Virus record (IMG/VR): IMGVR_UViG_3300032304_001987
Coordinates: 6,424 to 70,423 of that record
Reading direction: 5' to 3' (one strand)
DNA from: a virus
DNA: 64,000 bases
Below, piece after piece: positions 50,863 to 60,624 of the stretch. A program made the translations under genes and the position numbers. Each line of letters begins with the position of its first letter. The first letter of the stretch is position 1. Below the pieces are notes generated by a model. The model had not been told where the DNA came from. It ran no database searches and saw only the letters and a program-made list of their open reading frames with translations.

Positions 50863-51237
50863 TTAGATATAACTGGCGCGGCGTTGTGTTTGATCAAAAA
50901 ATATGCTGAGTCGTTGAGCATCTGTGCTAGGAACCACTGTGATTTCTACTTGTATGAGCATGCCATTCTGCTGAGGGAATATTTCTACCTGGTTGACAAA
51001 TATTCTGGGATCACCGCCGGCCACACGCTGTATTTCGGCCACAATGCCGCGCTCAGTTTCCTGCAGTTGATTTTCAAACACATAGTCCCAGATCACGGTG
51101 CCGTACCCAGGACGACCCACCACCTGTCCTTGACGAATGTTCAAAGCGTTTAGCAAATCGCGTTTGATCAACTCAAAATCTACTAGGGTAAATTTTTTGT
51201 TTTGATCTATGGTGTTGAATCCAATAAATGTGGCCAT
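50863..51237 (-). CDS. baseplate wedge protein (gp25/GPW-like)
   Basis: IKRDLLNALNIRQGQ....PGYGT.IWDYVFE....DPRI. Confidence 0.88.
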   Translation of the reverse strand: MATFIGFNTIDQNKKFTLVDFELIKRDLLNALNIRQGQVVGRPGYGTVIWDYVFENQLQETERGIVAEIQRVAGGDPRIFVNQVEIFPQQNGMLIQVEITVVPSTDAQRLSIFFDQTQRRASYI

Positions 51238-51253
51238 GAAGTATTTAATCCTG

Positions 51254-53116
51254 TTAAATTGTCACAGTTTGTCCAAAGGTTCCAGAAACAGAACGCAGTT
51301 GATTTTGTAAAAAATTTTGGGCCTGCTGTATGTCTAGTCTTGGTGCCAACGCAGCAAGACTTGGATACTGAAAAACCGGCGCAGGTATTTTGCTACTACC
51401 TGCTGCACGAGCCCAGGCCGCATCCACTGTGGCACGATTTACAGTGTTGTTGAAACCGCCGGCCACAGCAGTGCCTGAAACCAGATCTCCACCGCCACCA
51501 AACAGATCACCAACCGCACCTATGCTGGCAAAACTGCCAAGACTGCCAAGACTGCCAAAAGCCCCAGTCAGACTTCCTAGTTGACCTGTGAGAGCACCAG
51601 TCAGACTTCCTAGTTGACCTGTGAGAGCACCAGTGAGTTGGCCTTGCAAGGCGCCAAGATTTCCTAAATTGCTGAGATTACCAAGATTTCCTAAATTGCT
51701 GAGATTGCCAAGATTGTTGAGATTGCCCAAAGGATTAGCAAAGTTTGTGGCAAAACTCCCTGCTTTGCCAAATATGTCAAGACTGCTAGACAGATTGCTA
51801 AATGATCCAGGCACAAGATTTGTGAGATTAGTAGTTATATTGTTGAGGCTTCCAGTGAGTCCGCCGGCAAGGTTTGTGAGATTTGAAGTCAGTCCTCCGG
51901 CAAGATTGTTCAGATTTGAAGTAAGGCCGCTGGTTAGGCTACCGGCAAGATTGTTCAGATTGGTTCCAGCAAAGTTGGTTAGGCTACCGCCGATGTTGTT
52001 GAAATCAAGACTGCCGGTCCGGGCCCACAATGCTGTGGCCTGTGAGCCAAACTTGCTGGCATTGGCCACAAGCCCGCCTATGCTGCCCGTGATTTGATTG
52101 GTCAAGGTTGAACCTATGCTGGCAAAATTCAAGTTGGCCAGGTTGCCTAGGTTGCCCACCCCTGCTGTGAGGCTGTTGACGGCACCTGATGCAATGGTAT
52201 TGAGATTGATGTTGGAGCCGCTCAACAATCGATTTAGTGCGGTGGAGCCGGTCAGAGCATTTTGAGCTATACCACTGAGTGATCCTAGATTGACTCCCAA
52301 CAAGCTGGCCGCGGTCAAGGCACGCACAGATTGTAATCCACTGTTGGTATAGACCTGGCCAGTGGCCACGCTGATGCTGGGTGTAGGGGCTGTGGAGATG
52401 GTCCCATTGGACACCAACTCGTCGTAGCCCTGTTGCATGAGCTGAACCTGGGCGCGGTTTTGAAAATTGGCATCGCTCAACACATCATTCAATGAATATG
52501 TACCATCTTTGCCAGTCCAAACACTGGGACTGCTCATCACACTCACAAAGTCTTCTGGTTCTACCGCAAAAAATCTCAAGCTGGTACCAGGTTTGACATA
52601 ACCGGCCTGTTCAAGTTGATAGGCTGTAAATCCATAACGACCTATGCCTTTGTTTCTGCTGATTTGATCGCTTTCTTGATCCACTAGGGCCGCTATCTGT
52701 GCCTGGAGTTTTTGTATTTGATATGAACTAAGTGGGCCCACAGAGTCAGGCCCAAGATCTTCGCCCTTGATCAACACAACGTCTGCTTCGTCAATTGGGT
52801 TGGTCAGGGGCACATTGCCCAGGTTGGGTGTGCCAACAGGAACTGGTAGTCCTTGTATGGTTGACAGCAACCCTTGGCTAATAGCCAACACAGGGTTGCT
52901 GTCAACTCCAGCTGTGCCTCGATCCAGGCGACTGAGTTCAAATTTGGTCAGCCGGGTGGCTGGACTAGACAATGTTTGTCCAGATTCGTACCCTACTAGA
53001 CTACCGGCTGCCACTTGTTCATAAAAAATTCTGTCAGCTTGAGCCTGTGTGGCTCCGGCTGGTCCACGTACCACATATTCACCACCGCTGGGAAGAGTGT
53101 AGTTGAACTGACTCAT
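51254..53116 (-). CDS. virion protein with lysozyme-like domain and G/N/L/S/T-rich repeats
   Basis: ATGA-coupled start at 53116; GRYGFTAYQLEQAGYVKPG..WTGKDG..Q..AQ..LMQQGYDEL; low-complexity C-terminal half. Confidence 0.6.
   Translation of the reverse strand: MSQFNYTLPSGGEYVVRGPAGATQAQADRIFYEQVAAGSLVGYESGQTLSSPATRLTKFELSRLDRGTAGVDSNPVLAISQGLLSTIQGLPVPVGTPNLGNVPLTNPIDEADVVLIKGEDLGPDSVGPLSSYQIQKLQAQIAALVDQESDQISRNKGIGRYGFTAYQLEQAGYVKPGTSLRFFAVEPEDFVSVMSSPSVWTGKDGTYSLNDVLSDANFQNRAQVQLMQQGYDELVSNGTISTAPTPSISVATGQVYTNSGLQSVRALTAASLLGVNLGSLSGIAQNALTGSTALNRLLSGSNINLNTIASGAVNSLTAGVGNLGNLANLNFASIGSTLTNQITGSIGGLVANASKFGSQATALWARTGSLDFNNIGGSLTNFAGTNLNNLAGSLTSGLTSNLNNLAGGLTSNLTNLAGGLTGSLNNITTNLTNLVPGSFSNLSSSLDIFGKAGSFATNFANPLGNLNNLGNLSNLGNLGNLSNLGNLGALQGQLTGALTGQLGSLTGALTGQLGSLTGAFGSLGSLGSFASIGAVGDLFGGGGDLVSGTAVAGGFNNTVNRATVDAAWARAAGSSKIPAPVFQYPSLAALAPRLDIQQAQNFLQNQLRSVSGTFGQTVTI
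51564..51707. repeat. in-frame tandem duplications (33 bp x2 and 27 bp x2)
   Basis: CCAGTCAGACTTCCTAGTTGACCTGTGAGAGCA at 51564 and 51597; CCAAGATTTCCTAAATTGCTGAGATT(A/G) at 51654 and 51681. Confidence 0.9.
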
Positions 53117-54636
53117 TGTTTGGTAATACTCCATTCGTTGGGCAGATCTGGCGCATCCGGTGGAGGTGTTGTTTGTCCTTCTTCCAGGTTCACTTTCACA
53201 GGCACACCTTGATTGTGATAAGGATATGGTTCGTGTGTGGGAGCTCGTGTACAGATACTTTCTAGACCAGTGGCACTCACCGTCCATCCTGTGCTGGAAT
53301 TAAAATCTGTTTCGGGCATCAAGGTTTTGGTGATACCTTTAGGAGTAGTAATAGGCAACCCTGGAGCGCCGTTGAGATTGATGACTACACCTTTGAGATT
53401 CAATGGTCCTGTGGCGTCCAAGCTGGCCAATTTGCCTTTGAGTGCCAGAGTGCCGTTGCTTTTAACACCAAGTTGTGTAGACGCAAACAACGTGAGATTT
53501 TTTTTGCAGGCCACGTTTAGATCGCCATCACTTTGTATGGCCGTCCCAGCCACGCTTTTGATATTGATTTTTTTGCCGGCAAACATGTTGATGTCTTCGT
53601 CAGCATGCAGATTGATAGTGCCTTGTGAGCGCAGATTGATTGAATTGGTTGAAAACACATCAAGTGTTCCTTCTTGTCCTAGCTCAACCCAGGTTTGTCC
53701 ATTGGCGTGACAGATATAAAAACAGTTGCCATCGTCGCTCATGGTAATTTGATGGCCTTTGCTGGTGCGTATGCGTATCAAACTGTCATTGCCAGCCAAG
53801 TTGCCATCATCCATGACCAAGGTATGACCGCCACGTCGACCAATGACCTTGACATCTTCGGGCTTGAGATTTTGCAATTGTGCTGCCACATTGGCTTCGC
53901 CATCGGCACCACCACCTAGACCTCCTTGATAAATTGGACGCCCGGGAGTGCTCATGCCGTAGCAAGCACTGGGACTTTCTCGTTGACTACTTGACCCAAT
54001 GGTGCCGCGCACAGGATCATTGATCAAGCCCTGTTGAAACAAAGTTGCAGCCACATAGCTGTGTACTGGCTTGGGTTGATCAAAGAATCTGGGATTTTCG
54101 TTGATGGCAGTATTGGTACTAGCGTTGTTGATTTCTGTGACCGGCAACAAAGGGGCATTGGCAAAGTACGTGGCCTGATTGTTGTTTTCTGTTTGTGTTT
54201 GAGTTCTGGGCACACTTCCAATGGCCGGAATCATGTGGTTGATTCCTTGCTCGGGTATGCAACCCACATAATAACCTTGATTGGGATCACCTTCCACAAA
54301 GAAACACAGCACATTGACACCGGTGTCTGGAGGTGTAAACCACATGCCGTAGCTTTGTTGATTGCCGTTGAGATAGGTTCCTGTGCCGGCACTGCCGCCC
54401 TTGGGCGTGGCTCCATAAAATGGAGGGCAATAGCTTACTGTGCGCCACAAGCTGGGATCTTCAGGATTAGGACCAGCAAATTGCTCTATGTAAACCTGTA
54501 AGCGTCCCTGACGTGTGGGGTCAATGTTGTTGGTCACACGTCCAATAAATGGACCAAATTCAGTAGGACTCCCACCACGATCAAATTTATAACTACGTGG
54601 TTGCCCTCGACTACGTTCAATATTTTCTCCGGCCAT
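53113..54636 (-). CDS. baseplate central spike (gp5/VgrG/gpV-like OB-fold plus beta-helix)
   Basis: DPTRQGRLQVYI, GMWFTPPDTGVNVLCFF, GHTLVMDDG, GHQITMSDD, repeated beta strands, C-terminal THEPYPYH. Confidence 0.82.
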   Translation of the reverse strand: MAGENIERSRGQPRSYKFDRGGSPTEFGPFIGRVTNNIDPTRQGRLQVYIEQFAGPNPEDPSLWRTVSYCPPFYGATPKGGSAGTGTYLNGNQQSYGMWFTPPDTGVNVLCFFVEGDPNQGYYVGCIPEQGINHMIPAIGSVPRTQTQTENNNQATYFANAPLLPVTEINNASTNTAINENPRFFDQPKPVHSYVAATLFQQGLINDPVRGTIGSSSQRESPSACYGMSTPGRPIYQGGLGGGADGEANVAAQLQNLKPEDVKVIGRRGGHTLVMDDGNLAGNDSLIRIRTSKGHQITMSDDGNCFYICHANGQTWVELGQEGTLDVFSTNSINLRSQGTINLHADEDINMFAGKKINIKSVAGTAIQSDGDLNVACKKNLTLFASTQLGVKSNGTLALKGKLASLDATGPLNLKGVVINLNGAPGLPITTPKGITKTLMPETDFNSSTGWTVSATGLESICTRAPTHEPYPYHNQGVPVKVNLEEGQTTPPPDAPDLPNEWSITKQ

Positions 54637-56261
54637 TATGTGTCTCTGTTCCTTAGTTGTGCGTCTGGATTGTCTATTACGCCGGCCAACACATTGTTGT
54701 TTTCATCGGGCGTGACTATGGGTTGAATATCACCATCACTGCTTGGAGGTGTTGGTGGTGGACTATTTAACAATTGAGGGGCAGAATCATCTTGATTTGA
54801 TTCGGTATTTGCAGTGACGTCTGATTTTTGTACCAACAATCCGTTGACGTCGACCCATCCATTGTTGACGTCCTCGGCAGTGAGGTTTGCTCGGGTTCCG
54901 TTTGCTGTGCCTGGATTGTTGACAGCGGCACGTCCGGCATCTGTGGGCGTGGAATTTTTTTCATATTCAATCAAGAGACGTCCTTCTAGTTCTTGCTCAA
55001 ATCTACCTTTGCTGAATATGTTTTTGCACTTGATGGCAGTATAGGTAAAATTTAATTGGGGTTGTGTTCTGGGCTTGCCGCCGGGTTTGATTCCAGTGTT
55101 GTTGACTTCCACGAGTCCGGTGTCAAAATTATAATCTGTGGGCTGATTCCAAGAAATGTCAAACACCACTTCTTGACTGTCATAGTTGATGGTGCCATCG
55201 TTGTTGAATGGATCAAAATTAAAATTTCTAGCACTGACTCCTGCAGATATCTCACCCTGTTGCATCCAAGCAGGATCACCCACAATTCTTAGTCGAGCCT
55301 TGGCCTGGTCTGTGGGACTGTACAAGAAACTGGCCGCGTTGTCTCCAGCTTCGTTGGTATTGCCATCAGCACCCTTGGCATGATTTTCACTGGTAGGTAA
55401 AAAAGTCCTACGCATCTGATCTCTAAAGTCAGTGCGTGCCTGTTGCACCGGTACACTGAGACCACTGATAATCAAGCGATACAGGTTATTGTATTCCTGT
55501 TCAAAATTCAGTATTTCTTTGTTGGCTCCTGTGAACCAATAATTGTAACTTTTATGACTGCCACGATACCGACTGTTTTTGAACCAGTCACTGGGCAGGC
55601 TGTTGATGGCATAGGGAGTGATCACAAATTTCATTCTATAAGCATGATCGTGCCTGCGAGCATCATAGCCCAGTTGTGTGGCCTGCACACTGACCTTGTA
55701 CCAGGCTGTGATGCCTCCAGGCGGATTAGGATTGGGCTTGAGTTCTTGTGTTTTGGGATCAACAATGTAAAGTTGTTGATCTGTAATGTAACTACTGCTA
55801 CGCATGATCTGATCTATAAATTGCACAATCTGCATGCCGGCTGACACTGGCATGACACTGGCCTTGTTGTTGGTGCTGTTGCTGGCTGGACTCAGTGCGC
55901 CGGGTGTTTGATTTTGCATGGGCACCTTGCTTTTGTCTGTGGTGCCTTGACGTTTCATTGTGGCCGAGCCCAGCCCTTCGGTAAACTCTATTTCATATTC
56001 GTCAGGCACGTCGTACTTGCGATTGGGATCTTTGGGATCGGCTAGCCTGCGTTGAAAAGTGTTTAGAGCCTCGGCCAGTCCAGTAAACACATCTTTGGTC
56101 TTGCTGGGTGCGGCCGGAGCCTTGGCCGGGGCGCTTTGGCTACCGGTGTTGTTGCCGGCGGCAGCACTGACCGCGCCAATGGTACCAGACTGTCGTGAAT
56201 CGCCGGCCGCGGCATTGGTCAGGAAAGTGTCAAGTTCAGCGTCACTGATTCGGTTGGCCAT
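54636..56261 (-). CDS. baseplate hub / tail protein, C-terminal-type part (gp27/gpD-like)
   Basis: KSYNYWFTGANKEILNFEQ, LRIVGDPAW, FSKGRFEQELEG; directly upstream of the spike gene. Confidence 0.6.
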   Translation of the reverse strand: MANRISDAELDTFLTNAAAGDSRQSGTIGAVSAAAGNNTGSQSAPAKAPAAPSKTKDVFTGLAEALNTFQRRLADPKDPNRKYDVPDEYEIEFTEGLGSATMKRQGTTDKSKVPMQNQTPGALSPASNSTNNKASVMPVSAGMQIVQFIDQIMRSSSYITDQQLYIVDPKTQELKPNPNPPGGITAWYKVSVQATQLGYDARRHDHAYRMKFVITPYAINSLPSDWFKNSRYRGSHKSYNYWFTGANKEILNFEQEYNNLYRLIISGLSVPVQQARTDFRDQMRRTFLPTSENHAKGADGNTNEAGDNAASFLYSPTDQAKARLRIVGDPAWMQQGEISAGVSARNFNFDPFNNDGTINYDSQEVVFDISWNQPTDYNFDTGLVEVNNTGIKPGGKPRTQPQLNFTYTAIKCKNIFSKGRFEQELEGRLLIEYEKNSTPTDAGRAAVNNPGTANGTRANLTAEDVNNGWVDVNGLLVQKSDVTANTESNQDDSAPQLLNSPPPTPPSSDGDIQPIVTPDENNNVLAGVIDNPDAQLRNRDT

Positions 56262-56262
56262 G

Positions 56263-57732
56263 TCAGGCTCCTAGCACTGAAGAAATTGAACCGGCGGTGG
56301 TTTCGCCGGTAAAATTACCATTGTCGTTTACGACCGCACCCACATTAGATGGTACATTAGATGGTGCGCTGGTGTTAGGAGTAGGCGTGTCTCTGCGTTC
56401 ACCTGGGCTGGCTGGGTACACTGTGCCCACGGGTTTGCCAACCAAGACCTGTTCCACTGTTTGACCAACCAACTCAAATGCAAATGGAATACTGCCACGG
56501 TCTTGACTCTTGTTGTAAAAATGCGGGATAGGTTTGCCAGAGACTTCGTACTCAACCACACGGTCCTTGGGTATTCTAAACTTGATGTTGGTGATCACAA
56601 ACGGGTAAAATTTTTCTACTATGGCTCGAGGATCAGTGAGATTGGTCTTTCCGTTGGTGCCTCTGCGGCCGGTGGTTACCAACTCGCCAGCATCGTTGTA
56701 GCCATAGAATCTCACCACCAGACAATACTGTGCCATGGGGTAGTTGGCCGTTTTACTGACATTTTTTTCTTTGTAGAGATTGCTCACAGCGTTGTAGAGA
56801 TTTTCAATCAAGGTTATACCACTGGGTTCAGTGACTCGAAATTTGATATCTGTGGCTGTGTTGGCAGCCCCAGTGCCTTTGAGTGGCACCAGGCTGTCAA
56901 TTTCCAAATCATCTATGTAGTAATCTTTGTCAAAATACTTGTTGCGTCCTGCAGTGGCAACACTGTTGGCAGTGGCACCGGCGGCTTGTGTAGGGGCTCC
57001 TCCGCTCTGCATCAGCAGTTGCCAGCTGGCACAGTTTTTCTTTTGACTACGTGTCATTTCGTTGTATTGATCTGGGGTCAACAGATACCAGGTTATGGCA
57101 TAGGTATAGCTGGCATAGGCATCCAACACATTGGGCTCGGGCACTATACGTTGATTAAAACTGGCATTTATAAGTTGAGCCGTGGCGTTGCTGTTGGGTC
57201 TAGTGCCATCTTCTCTAGGGGCGCCCACACCCGATTGTGTTCTAACAAACGGAGCTTGTGCCGCATCTTCGTCGCCTGGAGTGGCAAATGGCAAGGGCGA
57301 TCCATCCCCGGCTGGTGGAGTAGCCTGTGTTTCTGTCAAGGGTCTGGCAGGATCGTTGGTACCGCGTTCTACATTGTTGGCATTGATTCTGCCATTGGGT
57401 GCTAGTACGCTAGCTGCTAGTACGCTGGACGGAGCGGATGGATTTGATGCAACTGCTCCCTCGGCACGTGCCTGTGCTTCCTCAGCAACAACCTGGCCTG
57501 AGCTTGCTGTGTTATCTTTGCCGTAGTTGTTGTATTCAGTTGTAAACTGTGCTAACTGAGCACGCAATTCAACCAAATAAGCTTCACCGCTTTCGATCTG
57601 TCTGCGCCAGACTGGTGCATCAGAGCTGTTGGGATTGGCTGCCAACAGAGCTTTGTCCCTCTCGATATTGCGAATGGTTTGTTGTATGACAGAATTGACT
57701 CTAGCTATTTCAGCTGTCCATGGATTGGCCAT
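56263..57732 (-). CDS. baseplate hub / tail protein, N-terminal-type part
   Basis: PNVLDAYASYTY, YYIDDLEI, IKFRVTEPSGITLIENL, LVVRFYGY. Confidence 0.6.
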   Translation of the reverse strand: MANPWTAEIARVNSVIQQTIRNIERDKALLAANPNSSDAPVWRRQIESGEAYLVELRAQLAQFTTEYNNYGKDNTASSGQVVAEEAQARAEGAVASNPSAPSSVLAASVLAPNGRINANNVERGTNDPARPLTETQATPPAGDGSPLPFATPGDEDAAQAPFVRTQSGVGAPREDGTRPNSNATAQLINASFNQRIVPEPNVLDAYASYTYAITWYLLTPDQYNEMTRSQKKNCASWQLLMQSGGAPTQAAGATANSVATAGRNKYFDKDYYIDDLEIDSLVPLKGTGAANTATDIKFRVTEPSGITLIENLYNAVSNLYKEKNVSKTANYPMAQYCLVVRFYGYNDAGELVTTGRRGTNGKTNLTDPRAIVEKFYPFVITNIKFRIPKDRVVEYEVSGKPIPHFYNKSQDRGSIPFAFELVGQTVEQVLVGKPVGTVYPASPGERRDTPTPNTSAPSNVPSNVGAVVNDNGNFTGETTAGSISSVLGA

Positions 57733-57733
57733 G

Positions 57734-58033
57734 TTAGAATCCCAGCACGTTGCGTAAGGTAGTTATCTTGGGCAGGTATATCAAGGCGTCGACTCGGAAA
57801 TCCAAGGGCGGTTTGGTCAAGGTGTTGGGGTTGCGTTGATAAAACACCCACCATAAATTGCTGTTGTCATACAAGTCAAAGGCCAGGAGATCTGGCCTAT
57901 ACTGATAGGTTTGATTGATCTTGAACAGTTGATCGTCGGCCTGCTTGGGTATGGGTCTGTTGATCATGACATCCAGGAAAAACTGGCTGTATCCTGTTAG
58001 GAAATAAGGGCTGACTGAATCATATGTGGCCAT
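57734..58033 (-). CDS. baseplate wedge protein (gp53/LysM-like)
   Basis: YQYRPDLLAFDLYDNSNLWWVF..RNP....P..DF....IYLP. Confidence 0.82.
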   Translation of the reverse strand: MATYDSVSPYFLTGYSQFFLDVMINRPIPKQADDQLFKINQTYQYRPDLLAFDLYDNSNLWWVFYQRNPNTLTKPPLDFRVDALIYLPKITTLRNVLGF

Positions 58034-59550
58034 TACCAGAATCCTCCTTTGATCAAGTTACCGTTGGCAAATTCTTTGACACTGAATTGTTTGCTGATCT
58101 GGTCGCGACTTTGTATGGGCAATAGACTGATGACCATTTCCATCTTGGTAGGCACATAGGTTGGACGATTTTGTCCAAAACTTGGTGGAGCTGGAGGATT
58201 AGGAATGGCACCCTTGGTCAACAAGGCCGCTGCCAATCTATTGAGTCCACCAAACGCACTGCCAGTGCTTACTGTCTGCCGATCTCGTTGATTGACCTGA
58301 TTTGTTCCCAGTTGATTGGGACTGCCAGCTCGAATATAGTCTATGTCTGCTGGCAAGGTGTAATTGAATTGACTGACCACACAAGGATGCTCGTTGAATT
58401 GAAACTCGCCCAGACCTGTCAAATAAGTCAATGGTGGTGGTGATCCACGTTGGGCGTCTTGTCCATAAAACATCTTGGTCACGCTTCTAAAAAATTGTAT
58501 CACGGCCAAGAGATAATTGGCTTCAGCTGTGTTTTGTGCTGTAAATGTGGCCGTGATCTGTATGGGATCTACATAGCTGTTTTGATAAAAGTAGCCACGA
58601 TAGTTGCTGTGTGTAAGATCGTAGTTGCTGTAGTTGGCCTTGTAGGCTGTGCTTATGGTTGGTGTGTAGGGGAATATTACTCCGTCGGTGATGGCCAATG
58701 GTTGCAGAATTCCAGGGGAAGGATCCTTGTACAGGTATTTGGCCCCGGGAGCCAATCTCAATCTCACACGCCAATCGCCGTTGTTGATCTGGCGTCGTTG
58801 GGCGCTGATGACCTGCTGTTGTCGGGCACGATCTCTAGCAGCTGACTCGTCTGTGGCTCGTTGAACTTCCTCTGTGCTCAGCACTCTAGGACCTTCAGGT
58901 GTAAACTCTGTGACATAACCAGCGGCATCTTCGACCGGAAGATCTTCCGGTAACACATTGAGTCCGGTCACAGGATCTGTCACAAATCCAAATTCATCCG
59001 GGACACCCAAATTGGCTCCATCGTTGAATCGAGTAACTCCTTCTTGTGTGGGTCCGTCTACGGCTGCGTCGACGTCCTCGGGCAGGACATTCAAGCCGGT
59101 GCTGGACTGCGTAAATTCTTGTGCTGGGGCAGGAGTCTGTGGATTTTGTGCAGGATTTATTTCGGCCGGTGGAGTGCCGGTAATTTGTCCTGCATCAACA
59201 ATCTGCTGTGGTTGGGGTGCCCCGGGACTTTGATTTGGGGCCAACGTCGTTGATGCTTGTGTATTGATGTTGGGTCCTTGCTCGGCCTGTGCATATTGTC
59301 GAGCTGCATCCAGCTGTGCCAGGTCTTCTTCATACTGTAGTTTTACTGTGTCTGCGTAGCTTTGTGCGGAATTGACCAACCGATTTCTGGCATTTAAAAA
59401 TTCTTGAGTTCCAGGCACCAATCGGCCCGCATCAACTTCGGCCTGCAATATTGCTCGGCCCTCGGCTACGCCGGCCAAAGCATCTTGATACAGCAAACGT
59501 GATTGATTTATGCGTCGTTGTGCTGTTTCTATTGTCGGTATAAATGCCAT
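58033..59550 (-). CDS. tail tube initiator / baseplate (gp48/gp54-like) protein with long disordered N-terminus
   Basis: DWRVRL, GVIFPYTP, FFRSVTKMFYG..GSPPP..L.G.G..F..PCVV..F.YTLP..DY. Confidence 0.6.
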   Translation of the reverse strand: MAFIPTIETAQRRINQSRLLYQDALAGVAEGRAILQAEVDAGRLVPGTQEFLNARNRLVNSAQSYADTVKLQYEEDLAQLDAARQYAQAEQGPNINTQASTTLAPNQSPGAPQPQQIVDAGQITGTPPAEINPAQNPQTPAPAQEFTQSSTGLNVLPEDVDAAVDGPTQEGVTRFNDGANLGVPDEFGFVTDPVTGLNVLPEDLPVEDAAGYVTEFTPEGPRVLSTEEVQRATDESAARDRARQQQVISAQRRQINNGDWRVRLRLAPGAKYLYKDPSPGILQPLAITDGVIFPYTPTISTAYKANYSNYDLTHSNYRGYFYQNSYVDPIQITATFTAQNTAEANYLLAVIQFFRSVTKMFYGQDAQRGSPPPLTYLTGLGEFQFNEHPCVVSQFNYTLPADIDYIRAGSPNQLGTNQVNQRDRQTVSTGSAFGGLNRLAAALLTKGAIPNPPAPPSFGQNRPTYVPTKMEMVISLLPIQSRDQISKQFSVKEFANGNLIKGGFW

Positions 59551-59571
59551 GTTTGTCGATTCCTTGTTGTA

Positions 59572-59577
59572 TATTTA
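59572..59577 (-). promoter_or_regulatory. late promoter-like TAAATA at the head of the baseplate operon
   Basis: GGTAAATATA upstream of AAGGA SD and ATG 59550; TAAATA recurs at 51242-47, 50830-35, 32977-82, 32209-14, 32184-89 (minus) and 6138-43, 59640-45, 61646-51 (plus). Confidence 0.65.
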
Positions 59578-59612
59578 CCGCCAAAATAAACCGCCCAGAT
59601 AATGATAAAAGG

Positions 59613-59640
59613 TTGACAACCGGGTATTTTGTGCTACAAT
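59613..59640 (+). promoter_or_regulatory. sigma70-type promoter for the gp55-like gene
   Basis: TTGACA-16 nt-TACAAT with TG extended -10. Confidence 0.6.
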
Positions 59641-59664
59641 AAATATATTATTAGGAGATCAGGA

Positions 59665-60579
59665 GTGTCAACAACTACCACGAGAACACCAGCAAAAGTC
59701 AATTATTTAAATAATCGCGACATCTTAAAAGAAATACACGCCAGCAAAAATACCTACTGTAGTTACCGTGATCCGGTACAGGATCACCAGTATGATATCA
59801 TCCTGCCCGCAGTGGAAAAAATCAATCAAAGAACCACGGCCGAGGCCCGCAGAAACCGTGCCGACAGACTCAAACGCGAAGGTACCATAGTAGATCCCAA
59901 AAAAATACCCAACACTGATCTAGTGTTCCGCATTACCTGTTGGGAACACATACCAATGGCACCCAAGAAAGTTTCCAAAACACAGGCCAAGAAAAAGAAG
60001 CTCGAAGATATATTTGAATTGGATCTGGTGGAGGAAGATGATCCCTTGGCAGAATTACTAGAGATTCCTGTCTTGGACGAAAAACATGTGCGCCTTAACT
60101 TTCCACCTTTTTATCACTATCGTCTAGACGACAACAAACAACCATTTCTGGTGGGCAAGAGCCACTGGCGAGGTGATCTCGAACACGGTGAGTTCAGCAA
60201 AGATCATGGCAACATGACCCGCAAGTTGGCCACCATGTTCATCAAGCTGTGCGAACGCTATGCCACTCGCTCAAACTGGCGTGGCTATACCTACAATGAA
60301 GAAATGCGCGGACAAGCACTACTACAACTCAGCCAAATTGGCCTGCAGTTCGATGAATCAAAAAGTCAAAATCCTTTTGCCTATTACACTGCCGCTATCA
60401 CCAACAGCTTTACTCGTATCTTGAATCTAGAAAAGAAAAATCAAAACATTCGCGACGATGTGTTGGAGATGAACGGACTTAATCCTAGCTGGACTCGTCA
60501 GAATGCTGGCAAGAAAAATCCTAATTTAGGTATGACAGTTACCAACATCGACACAGCCGAGTACAACAACGAAAATTAG
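59665..60579 (+). CDS. late-transcription sigma factor (T4 gp55-like)
   Basis: NYLNNRDIL, NWRGYTYNEEMRGQAL..FDESKSQNPFAYYTAAITNSF..LNLEKK; GTG start after AGGAG; adjacent to gp47/gp46. Confidence 0.82.
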   Translation: MSTTTTRTPAKVNYLNNRDILKEIHASKNTYCSYRDPVQDHQYDIILPAVEKINQRTTAEARRNRADRLKREGTIVDPKKIPNTDLVFRITCWEHIPMAPKKVSKTQAKKKKLEDIFELDLVEEDDPLAELLEIPVLDEKHVRLNFPPFYHYRLDDNKQPFLVGKSHWRGDLEHGEFSKDHGNMTRKLATMFIKLCERYATRSNWRGYTYNEEMRGQALLQLSQIGLQFDESKSQNPFAYYTAAITNSFTRILNLEKKNQNIRDDVLEMNGLNPSWTRQNAGKKNPNLGMTVTNIDTAEYNNEN

Positions 60580-60588
60580 CCAAAGAAC

Positions 60589-60617
60589 TTGCAAAGTTAA
60601 AACCCATAGTGTATACT
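60589..60617 (+). promoter_or_regulatory. sigma70-type promoter
   Basis: TTGCAA-17 nt-TATACT, 7 nt before ATG 60625. Confidence 0.55.
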
Positions 60618-60624
60618 GTAATTT

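Noticed and set aside
51564-51960. CRISPR-like array
   Set aside because: The repeats are contiguous, multiples of 3, have no unique spacers and lie within a coding frame
33023-59253. Many plus-strand ORFs of 60-314 aa in the track (e.g. 35701-36447, 56461-57405)
   Set aside because: Antisense shadows of long structural genes, with no motifs or start signals
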